A stretch of 42,630 nt of DNA, from positions 1 to 42,630 of the forward strand of contig CAMDVX010000002.1 of the NCBI GenBank assembly GCA_945877865.1, written 5' to 3'. The notes beneath the pieces were generated by a model, which was not told the origin of the DNA, did not search any database, and worked only from the letters and a program-made list of their open reading frames with translations. Within the stretch, counting starts at the first letter, position 1. Each line of letters starts with the position of its first letter. A program made the position numbers and the translations under genes. This stretch comes from Bifidobacterium breve. Lineage in GTDB: Bacteria; Actinomycetota; Thermoleophilia; Gaiellales; F1-60-MAGs149. Shown piece by piece: positions 8,006 through 15,649 of the stretch.

Positions 8006-8822
8006 GGAACCTGACGATGCGGTCGGCGATCTCGTCGGGCCGCTCAATGTGCAGCCAGTGGCCGACGCCAGCGACCTGCTCCAGCTCGAGGCCAGCCGCA
8101 AAGCGCCCCGCGATCTCCGTGTAGCAGGCGGAGCCGATGCAGCCGTCCGCGGAGCCGTGCAGCACGAGCGCGGGGACCAGCACGTCGCCGGTCTGTGAGG
8201 TTGCCGTCAGGTCGTCGTGGTACCAGCGGTGGATCGCAAGCCCAACCTCGGGGCGGGCGAGTGCAGCGAGCACAAGCGGCCACTCAGCCCGCTCGAAGCC
8301 GGGTGACCATTCGGCATGCACCTGCGCGAGCCAGCTCGGATCGGTTGCCAGCGCGGGTGCGTCGGACGAGAAGGCGAGGATCCACGCGTAGGCTGCCGTC
8401 TTCTGCTCTGCGAGCTCCCGCCGGCGGACGCTAAACCCTGCCGGGTGCGGCACTGCCAGCGCAGCGATCCGACGAATGCGATCGGCATGATCAGCACCCA
8501 GATCGTAGGCCACGAGACCGCCCCAGTCGTGGCCGATCACCGCACACCGCTCGAGCCCGAGCGCGTCAAGCACCGCGATCATGTCGCCGGCTACCGCTGA
8601 CGTCCGGTAGTCGTCGACCGGCCCCGACGGGGAGTAGCCGGGCAGCGCGGGAACGATCGCACGGAAGCCTTGCTCAACCAGGCGTTCAACGAGCGGTCGG
8701 AGGCCGACCGGGACGTCTGGGAACCCGTGCAGCACCAGCACAGGCTCGCCTTCGCCAGCATCCCAGACCGCCAGGTCCGCGCGGGCTCGCACGATCCGTG
8801 GGGGCTGGTCGAACAGGTCCAT
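7992..8822 (-). CDS. alpha/beta hydrolase with Asp nucleophile (epoxide hydrolase / haloalkane-haloacid dehalogenase type)
   Basis: 276 aa. HGFP oxyanion motif (VLVLHGFPDVP), nucleophile elbow VIGHDWGG with Asp rather than Ser, acid LHGSADG, and C-terminal His in GVGHWLHIERPDE. Last gene of the dehydratase operon; its 3' end overlaps the convergent LysR gene by 14 nt. Confidence 0.8.
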   Translation of the reverse strand: MDLFDQPPRIVRARADLAVWDAGEGEPVLVLHGFPDVPVGLRPLVERLVEQGFRAIVPALPGYSPSGPVDDYRTSAVAGDMIAVLDALGLERCAVIGHDWGGLVAYDLGADHADRIRRIAALAVPHPAGFSVRRRELAEQKTAAYAWILAFSSDAPALATDPSWLAQVHAEWSPGFERAEWPLVLAALARPEVGLAIHRWYHDDLTATSQTGDVLVPALVLHGSADGCIGSACYTEIAGRFAAGLELEQVAGVGHWLHIERPDEIADRIVRFLRTD

Positions 8823-8824
8823 GC

Positions 8825-9619
8825 CTAGATCGCCGTGAAGCCGCCGTCGACCGGGAGAATCACGCCCGTCAGCCAGGCGGCGTCGTCGGAGGCGAGAAAG
8901 AAGGCGGCGCCAGCGATGTCCTCGGCCTCGCCTAAGCGTGGCAGCGGCGTTGCCGCCTGAAGCCCGGCCAGCTTGGTCGGATCATCCCAGAGGTTCCGGG
9001 TCATCGCCGTGCGGACGTACCCGGGGCAGATGGCGTTGACGGTGATCGAGTGCTCGGCCAGCTCGATCGCGAGCGTACGCGTCAGCTGGATGACCGCTCC
9101 CTTGCTCATGTTGTAGTGGTAGCCGGTGCGGATGCCGGTGAGCCCTGCGATCGACGCGAGCGTAATGATGCGGCCGCCGCGACCGGCTGCGACCATCGCA
9201 CGCGACGCCTCTCGACACGTCCACCAGACGCCGTCCTGATTGACCGACTGCACCTGCTTGTAGGCCGCAAAGTCCTCGTCGACCAGCTTGTAGGCCATCG
9301 GCGAGACGCCGGCATTTGCCACCGCGATATCAAGACCGCCAAACGCCGAGGTGGCGTGGGCGACCGCCGCGGCGACGGCCACACCGTCGGTGACATCGCA
9401 GGGGACGAAGGCCGCGCGGCCGCCAGCGGCCCGAATTGCCTGATCCGTCGGCGTGGCGTCCTCCCAACCGCCGGCGACCGGCTCGGGCGTGAGATCGGCG
9501 CACACCACCGCTGCACCTTCGGCGGCAAATCGCAGGGCCATCGCCCGGCCATTGCCGCTCGACGCCCCGGTAATCAGCGCGACCTTACCTGCCAGCCGTC
9601 GATCGGTTCCTGCGCTCAT
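8825..9619 (-). CDS. short-chain dehydrogenase/reductase (classical SDR)
   Basis: 264 aa with TGASSGNG, NAGV, and catalytic S...YNMSK. Its stop lies 2 nt before the hydrolase start. Confidence 0.85.
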   Translation of the reverse strand: MSAGTDRRLAGKVALITGASSGNGRAMALRFAAEGAAVVCADLTPEPVAGGWEDATPTDQAIRAAGGRAAFVPCDVTDGVAVAAAVAHATSAFGGLDIAVANAGVSPMAYKLVDEDFAAYKQVQSVNQDGVWWTCREASRAMVAAGRGGRIITLASIAGLTGIRTGYHYNMSKGAVIQLTRTLAIELAEHSITVNAICPGYVRTAMTRNLWDDPTKLAGLQAATPLPRLGEAEDIAGAAFFLASDDAAWLTGVILPVDGGFTAI

Positions 9620-9628
9620 CGTTCGCTC

Positions 9629-10180
9629 CTAGTCCTCAGCCCGGGTCTCCGCCGCCATGACCGCGTCGCGGCCACCGTCAAGCCGAATCGTTGCACCGTT
9701 GAGGGCTACGAGGTCGCCAGCGAGCGTCATTCGGACGACCGCCGCAACCTCCTCGAGCGGCACGTCATCGGCGACGGCGACGCCGTTCACGGCGAGTCCG
9801 GGCAGCGCGGAGCTAACCTCAACCAGCATCGCGAGACCCGCCGCCACGACTGAGCGGGCACCGTCGCGGTGGTCGGGCATGCAGGCAGACGCGGGAAAGA
9901 CCAGGGTGATCCGCAGCGGCTGCCCGAGCGCGGCGAGCGTCTTGACGGCGCCGGCGGGAACGGTCAGCCACGCGTCTGCCAGCCGGGCGAACGCGTCAGG
10001 CGAGGTCTGCCCAAGCGTCTCGCCCCGCTCGGGTAGCGCCACGATCACGGCGCGGTCGATGCCGCTCGCCGAAGCGAGCTCGGCGCAGACAGCGGTGCGA
10101 GTCGTCAGCGGGCAATGCGAGGTGCCGCCGATTGCTGCTGCCAGCTCGGCCGGACCACCGACGACGAGGATGCCAGTCAT
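9629..10180 (-). CDS. degenerate SDR-like protein lacking catalytic residues (pseudo-enzyme partner?)
   Basis: 183 aa. It keeps SDR-like N-terminal (ILVVGGPAELAAAIGG), LAVNGVAV and C-terminal (LNGATIRLDGG) segments. It contains no tyrosine at all, so it cannot have the YxxxK catalytic motif. A 4-nt overlap couples it to the upstream SDR. Confidence 0.55.
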   Translation of the reverse strand: MTGILVVGGPAELAAAIGGTSHCPLTTRTAVCAELASASGIDRAVIVALPERGETLGQTSPDAFARLADAWLTVPAGAVKTLAALGQPLRITLVFPASACMPDHRDGARSVVAAGLAMLVEVSSALPGLAVNGVAVADDVPLEEVAAVVRMTLAGDLVALNGATIRLDGGRDAVMAAETRAED

Positions 10181-10935
10181 GACGACGCCTCCTGCGCGGC
10201 CGTGAAGCCCGTGCTGGAGGAGCGCATCCCAGCATCGATCAGCAGGCCCACGCCGGAGATGCGTCGGGCCTCGCCTGAGAGCAGGAACGCGGCGGCTGCG
10301 GCAACATCATCTGCCTCGACGATCTGGCCGAGCGGAGGCGGCAGCCAGCCATCGGAGGTGCCGGGAGCTCGACGCCCCGTCGTTGTCGTCAGCATCCCCG
10401 GCGCCGTATCGCCGGGGCAGAGCGCGTTGACGCGGATGCCCTGCGGACCCCACTCTGCTGCGAGGCAGCGCGCCATCGCCAGCACCATCCGCTTCGTCAC
10501 CGAGTAGGCGGCAATTGGCGCCTCGCCCCACACCCCCGCATCTGAGGACGTGAAGAGCAGCGAGCCGCCGGTTGCCGCGAGGTGCGCGCGCGCCGCAAGC
10601 GCCTGGCTCTGGACGGCCAGCACGTTGACGTGGAGCAGGAGGTCCCAGTCAGCGTCCGGCGTGCTCAGCAGATCGGCGTCCAAGATGACGCCAGCGTTGA
10701 GGACGGCTGCATCGAGTCCGCCGAGCGCTCGCGCAGCGTCAGCCACCGGGTCGTGGGTCGGATCGGTGTTGTCGCCAACGATCGCCACGCCGCCGACCTC
10801 AGCGGCGAGTGCGCTCGCGCGCTCGACCGATCTTCCCGCAACTGCGACGTGCCAGCCGTCAGCAGCAAGCCGCCGGCAAATCGCCGCGCCGATGCCGGAG
10901 GTTCCGCCGGTGACGAGCACTCGGCCGGCGCTCAT
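10177..10935 (-). CDS. short-chain dehydrogenase/reductase (classical SDR)
   Basis: Start MSAGRVLVTGGTSGIGAA at the ATG at 10935. It has LNAGV, TSSDAG and YSVTK. The track ORF extends to 11259 through the reactivase small-subunit gene, which is an artefact. Confidence 0.85.
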   Translation of the reverse strand: MSAGRVLVTGGTSGIGAAICRRLAADGWHVAVAGRSVERASALAAEVGGVAIVGDNTDPTHDPVADAARALGGLDAAVLNAGVILDADLLSTPDADWDLLLHVNVLAVQSQALAARAHLAATGGSLLFTSSDAGVWGEAPIAAYSVTKRMVLAMARCLAAEWGPQGIRVNALCPGDTAPGMLTTTTGRRAPGTSDGWLPPPLGQIVEADDVAAAAAFLLSGEARRISGVGLLIDAGMRSSSTGFTAAQEASS

Positions 10936-11246
10936 CGTGGGCCAGTCAACGGGCGGCGGGCAACCAGTCGAGCAGCCTGGCGGCCGATCAGGCGAGCCTC
11001 GCTCACTGGCCCTTCGAGGTACGCCACGGGCGGGCCGCTGGCGAGGCTGACGACGATGCGCTGCTCGTCCACCGCGATCCCGACGGCGAGCGGCGAGCGA
11101 CGAGCGGCGGCGCGGGCCTCCGGCAAGGCCCCAGCAGGTGCCTCCGCGACGACGTGCAGCGGTACCGCCTCCTCTTCGAACGAGGCACGGATGGCGGCCA
11201 CGGCGACGGGGTTGACGGCGGACAGGTAGACGGCGGGTGCGCTCAT
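10932..11246 (-). CDS. ddrB: diol/glycerol dehydratase reactivase, small (beta) subunit
   Basis: 104 aa, with size and position typical of DdrB/PduH directly after the large reactivase subunit. It has 4-nt overlaps on both sides. Sequence similarity is judged by eye only. Confidence 0.65.
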   Translation of the reverse strand: MSAPAVYLSAVNPVAVAAIRASFEEEAVPLHVVAEAPAGALPEARAAARRSPLAVGIAVDEQRIVVSLASGPPVAYLEGPVSEARLIGRQAARLVARRPLTGPR

Positions 11247-12931
11247 GACGCACCAGCATGCAGGATGATCAGGCCGACCGCCACCGCAGCCCGCGGACCG
11301 TGGCGTCCGAGGACGTCACCGCGGGCGACAGCGAGGTCAAGGTCGGCGACGGCCAGCGCGATTTCCCCAACGACCTCAGGATCGGCGGCGCAGCCCCCGA
11401 CGAGCACCACCAGCTCGCCACGCGGGAGGCCACCGAGGGCAGCCGCCGCGCGGCGGAGGTTGCCCGCCAGCACGTCGCGCTTGGCGGCCCGTCGCAGCCG
11501 GGCCCAGACCTCCGGCGTCAGACCGGCCGGCAGCGGATCGAGCGCGCCTTGACGTCGCTCGCTGAGGCAGAGCCGTGCGACAGCATGGGAAGGCGCGGGG
11601 GTGGCGAGGAAGCTGCGCGAGCCGTCCTCGTGCCGGAGAATGAACGGCGTCTCGACGTGCACGCTCGGCAGGCGCTTGGCGCGCTCGGCGCGCAGCGGGT
11701 CGACGCCGAGGATTGCACCGCAGATCCGGTCGACGAGGAGGCCCGCACCGGCGGCAGCAACTGCCCGCGCTACACCGTCGTGCTGGACGTGCAGGTCGAC
11801 GGTGCCCCCGCCCATGTCGATCACGATCGGAGCGTGGCCTGCGCCCGGGGTCGTTGAGGCGCCGGCGACGGCAGCTGCCGTCTCGCTGGCCACGACGAGC
11901 ACCTCGCCGGCAAACCGGGTGGCCAACACCGATTCCAGCGCTCGGTCCTCCCGCCGGGCGAGCAGCGCCAGCCCAACCGCGCGGCGGTGGAGGAGACGCA
12001 GCGCCACAGCGGCGTCGTCTGTCGCAGCGGGCAGTGGCGTCCAGAACGCGTCAAGCAGCGCGTCGTCGATGCCGTCGACGCGCTCGACCAAGCCCACGGC
12101 AGGCGGCGGCGAGCCGACGTCGATTGGCACCACGGTTCCATCGGCGAGGTGCGCGCAGCGCGGTGCGGTCGCTGCTGCGACCGTTTGCCCGGCTTCGCGC
12201 CGCACGACGATACCGGCACGATGACCGACCAGCGCTCGGGCTGCGTGGCGGATGCCTCTCGCCCGCGTGGGATCGAGCGACAGCAGGACCGCCAACCGCA
12301 GCGGATCCGTCAGCTCGGTCAGCATCAGGCCGGGCTGTGCAACTTCGACCGCAGCCCAAGCGCCTCGCGGCAGCGCGCTAGCATCGTGGACCTCATCGAT
12401 GATTGGCAGGGTTCGATCGACCCGGTTGCCGATCAGCACCGCATCGTCCCCGGTGGCGATGACCGCTGCGAGCTGCCAGCCACGATCCCGTGCGGCGTTT
12501 AGCGCAGCAGCCGCAGCAGCGAAGTCCTCGTCGCCGACGATCACGATGACGGGAGGGGCCGTGGCAGCGGTCGTGAGATCGGCGAGATCGACGAGCAGCC
12601 CCGCGGCGGCGCCGTGCCCCGAAGGGGTCGAGCTGGCCGGTCGTGCGATTGCGACGCCACCGAGGTCGAGCTCGTCCTCCGTGGCGAGCTCGCGCAGACC
12701 CGTCTCCACCGGGTGGAGGTCAGCCAGCAGCAGGCGTGTTGGCTGCTCGCCGAGGCGTCGGCCAGCGCGCGCCACGAGGTCGATGACCCCGTCGGCTGAG
12801 GCCGCTGAACCCTTGGGACCGGTGGTCGGGCCTCGCACGACGGACAGGTGCTCCGGGGCGCGACCCGGAGCGAGCCGGGCCAAGGCGACCTCGGTCGTTG
12901 CATTACCGACGTCAACGCCCGCGACGAGCAC
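11243..12931 (-). CDS. ddrA: diol/glycerol dehydratase reactivase, large (alpha) ATPase subunit
   Basis: The N-terminus V-LVAGVDVGNATTEVALARL matches the DdrA/PduG start (MPLIAGIDIGNATTEVAL). The GTG at 12931 follows the small-subunit stop as TGAcGTG. The track ORF start at 13111 overlaps the preceding gene and is rejected. Confidence 0.85.
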   Translation of the reverse strand: MLVAGVDVGNATTEVALARLAPGRAPEHLSVVRGPTTGPKGSAASADGVIDLVARAGRRLGEQPTRLLLADLHPVETGLRELATEDELDLGGVAIARPASSTPSGHGAAAGLLVDLADLTTAATAPPVIVIVGDEDFAAAAAALNAARDRGWQLAAVIATGDDAVLIGNRVDRTLPIIDEVHDASALPRGAWAAVEVAQPGLMLTELTDPLRLAVLLSLDPTRARGIRHAARALVGHRAGIVVRREAGQTVAAATAPRCAHLADGTVVPIDVGSPPPAVGLVERVDGIDDALLDAFWTPLPAATDDAAVALRLLHRRAVGLALLARREDRALESVLATRFAGEVLVVASETAAAVAGASTTPGAGHAPIVIDMGGGTVDLHVQHDGVARAVAAAGAGLLVDRICGAILGVDPLRAERAKRLPSVHVETPFILRHEDGSRSFLATPAPSHAVARLCLSERRQGALDPLPAGLTPEVWARLRRAAKRDVLAGNLRRAAAALGGLPRGELVVLVGGCAADPEVVGEIALAVADLDLAVARGDVLGRHGPRAAVAVGLIILHAGAS

Positions 12932-12932
12932 G

Positions 12933-13331
12933 TCAGCCGAACAGCCCGCGCCGCGCGTAGTGCTCGCGGGCCTCGAGCACCAGCGCTGCACAGCGGTCAG
13001 CACCACCAGCGGCGAGCTCTGCTGCGATCGCAAGGAGCTCCTGCTCCGATGAGCGACCTGGGCGCAGGGCGTCATAGAAACGCAGCACGTCGTCGTCTGC
13101 GAACAGGGCAAGCTCCGCTCCGCGCCGCAAGTTCTCTGCCAGCTGGGGATTACCGGCCTGCTCCGCGAAGGTCGCTTGGAGGTGCAGGGTGCTTGGGTCC
13201 ACGCGGGCGTCCACCGCGGAGACGGCGCCAGCGCGGACGTCGGCGACGGTCAGCTGGCTGGCTTTCCGGCCCGATTGTGCGGCGATGCGGCTGCGATCGC
13301 CCTCGCCGAGGGGGTAGGTCAGCTCGGCCAT
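12933..13331 (-). CDS. pduE: B12-dependent diol/glycerol dehydratase small (gamma) subunit
   Basis: 132 aa. Size, position and the PLGEGD...SG....L....V....V...D.RV....L..QA..AE..G...LA.N..RGAEL pattern are typical of PduE/GldC-type small subunits. Confidence 0.8.
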   Translation of the reverse strand: MAELTYPLGEGDRSRIAAQSGRKASQLTVADVRAGAVSAVDARVDPSTLHLQATFAEQAGNPQLAENLRRGAELALFADDDVLRFYDALRPGRSSEQELLAIAAELAAGGADRCAALVLEAREHYARRGLFG

Positions 13332-15568
13332 GTGGCCTCCACGGTCTGCGGCGGGCCAGGCCGGACGCGGGCTCGCTCACGCGCCACGAGGGCGACGACC
13401 TTGGCGTGGTAGCGGGGGCCGAACGCCTCGCCGGACTCGGGTAAGAGGACGGGCGCCGGTTGCTCTCCGCGGGCGTGTCGGGCCGCATTGCGGCCCATCA
13501 GCCGGTAGCGAGCGCCGTCGATCAGCGGTGCGACGCTCAGCAGCTCGAGGTTTGAGAGCACAGGTAGGTCAGCACGGTGGATCAGCGCTGTGCCCTTGCC
13601 TTGCATGCCGAGTGCGACTCCGCTGCCCGAGAGATTCGCCGCCGTCCAGCCGATCATGCCGAGGTCGATGGAGTGGGTGACACGCACGATCCTCGCCGCC
13701 ACTCCTTCCTCCTCGATTCCCGCCAGCACCTGCCGCAGCGCTTCAGCGACCGTCAGCCCCGACAGCGTCAGCCACACGTCGACGCCGAAGGCGGGGGAGA
13801 TGCCGACGACTACCTCGTCTGGGCGTGGCCGAGCCTCAGCCGGTCCGCGGTCGCTCAGCTGGATGCAGCCAGCGACCGGGGCCTGCTCGGCAAGCAGCTC
13901 GTCATGGCTACGGACCTGACGCACCTGCGCCATCTCAAGCTTGCGTGCTCGTGACGGACGGTAGCCCGTACCTGGCCCGGCGTAGTCGTTTGGGTCCGTC
14001 AGCCCTGACAGCACGTGCATGTCTTCGTCGAAGATGGCCGAGGTCTGCAGGTGATCGCCAAACAGCCGCTGGCGCGTCATCTCGAGCACGCGCTCGGCCT
14101 CCACGTCGAAGCCGCGCACGGCGAGGGCCCGCACGACGTCTATGGCCGTCAGCTCGCGCTCGATGATCGCGTCGCCGGCGCGCGCCGTCTCCTCCGTCTG
14201 GTGCTCCGCCACGTCGAGGCTCCCGTGCGCATGGACGCACCGCTCGACCTCATCATCGGAGAAGCGCATCAGCTCAAGCTCGTCGAGCACGGCTCGGCAG
14301 GCTTCGGCTGCACGGCGTCTAAGCGGGAGCAGCGTCGCGTCGTCGCAGGAGCGCAGGACGCCCTCGAAGCCCCAGTCGCGCTGGATGACGAGGTAGTCGT
14401 CGAGGTCCTCGGCGTTGAAGTTAGAGGGGCCAAAGCTGTTGTCGTAGGTTGGGATGGAGCCGTAGCCGGAGAACAGGAAGTCCGAGCCCGCCAGCAGCAG
14501 CGGCAGGGTGTGCGCGGTGCGGCGCATGTCCGACGCGCTCATCTGCGTGTCGTTGCCAGAGCAGGACTCAAGCCCGTACAGCATCGCGAGCAGGTTCTCG
14601 GCGAGCGCCTCCCGCATGCCGTTCGGCACGGACGCCGTGACGCTGATGCCGTCGATGCCGCCGTTCTGCGTGCCCTGCGAGCCAGCCGCCCGGGTGATCG
14701 CGACGCAGCGGGCCTCGAGGTACAGCATCGACTTGCCTTCAGCGGCGCCCATCAGCACCTCTGCACCCGAACCAGAGGTAAACCGCATCTTCAGGCCGCG
14801 GGAGGCGTATGACGAGGCGAGCAGCGCCTTTGACCACGGCGTATCGTCGCCGTCGAGGAAGACCTGCTCGGTGCCGTAGACGGAGACCGTCTCAGCGTAG
14901 GTGGTGAGCCCACGCAGGCCAAGCTCAAGCTCCGTGCGCTCCTCAACCGAGCACTGGGTTAACGCGCCTGGAGCTGGTCCTTGGCTACCGATCAGCAGCG
15001 CAAGCGCCACGAGCGGGGCATCGCGCAGAACGGGCACGGTCGTCTCCAGCTCGCGGAAGCCAAGCGCGACTGCGCTGGCAGCGTCGGCGGCGATCAGCAG
15101 CGGATGATCGATGCGGTTCGTGACGTGGGCCTGGATGGACGGCGTGCGGCGCACGCGCATCTTCGCCATCGCCTGCATTAGCTCGAGCGGCGACAGCAGC
15201 CCGAGCACGCGGGCGATCTTGGCGGGCGTCGAGCCACCGACGAGGCGGACGACCTCTTGACGCGGGACAGCGGTGCTGACGATCAAGCGGGCGAAGGCGA
15301 CATCATCAATCGCCATCGCCTCCTCGGCGACCGCAGCGTCGATCCCGTGGGCAGCGAGGTAGGCGTCGATGAGATCGAAGTCGGCCTCGGCGACGCCATC
15401 GATCTCAACGACACGGCCAGCGGCAATGCGGATGGACGGCTCCGGATCGTTCGGGCTGGCGAAGGCGATCAGTCCAAGGGCAGGGTCCTCAGGCACCAGG
15501 ACGTCGCGGCTAATCGAGCGCGTCTCGTAGAACGCGCTGCGGAGCGACTTGCCAGAGGGCGTGGCCAC
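13319..15568 (-). CDS. B12-dependent diol/glycerol dehydratase, fused large (alpha) + medium (beta) subunit
   Basis: 749 aa. Residues about 1-555 carry large-subunit motifs (IQAHVTN, FRELETT, TYAETVSVYGTE, SQGTQNGGIDG, GNDTQMSASD, FSGYGSIP, NDYAGPGTGYR). Residues about 584-749 carry the medium-subunit B12-binding core (EVVVGISPAFG...LSGSGVALGMQGKGTALIH). No stop or frameshift lies between the two parts. Confidence 0.9.
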   Translation of the reverse strand: MATPSGKSLRSAFYETRSISRDVLVPEDPALGLIAFASPNDPEPSIRIAAGRVVEIDGVAEADFDLIDAYLAAHGIDAAVAEEAMAIDDVAFARLIVSTAVPRQEVVRLVGGSTPAKIARVLGLLSPLELMQAMAKMRVRRTPSIQAHVTNRIDHPLLIAADAASAVALGFRELETTVPVLRDAPLVALALLIGSQGPAPGALTQCSVEERTELELGLRGLTTYAETVSVYGTEQVFLDGDDTPWSKALLASSYASRGLKMRFTSGSGAEVLMGAAEGKSMLYLEARCVAITRAAGSQGTQNGGIDGISVTASVPNGMREALAENLLAMLYGLESCSGNDTQMSASDMRRTAHTLPLLLAGSDFLFSGYGSIPTYDNSFGPSNFNAEDLDDYLVIQRDWGFEGVLRSCDDATLLPLRRRAAEACRAVLDELELMRFSDDEVERCVHAHGSLDVAEHQTEETARAGDAIIERELTAIDVVRALAVRGFDVEAERVLEMTRQRLFGDHLQTSAIFDEDMHVLSGLTDPNDYAGPGTGYRPSRARKLEMAQVRQVRSHDELLAEQAPVAGCIQLSDRGPAEARPRPDEVVVGISPAFGVDVWLTLSGLTVAEALRQVLAGIEEEGVAARIVRVTHSIDLGMIGWTAANLSGSGVALGMQGKGTALIHRADLPVLSNLELLSVAPLIDGARYRLMGRNAARHARGEQPAPVLLPESGEAFGPRYHAKVVALVARERARVRPGPPQTVEATWPS

Positions 15569-15649
15569 AGCACGATCCTACCGCGTTCCGGAGCGCCGGT
15601 GGGTCCGGGTGCGCGCCGACTGCGTGGCACGACCTGCGACGCTACGTCA

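Noticed and set aside
15569-15649. Possible AdoCbl riboswitch upstream of the B12-dependent dehydratase operon.
   Set aside because: Only 81 nt are available between the divergent start codons, far shorter than a cobalamin aptamer. I see no B12-box-like core.
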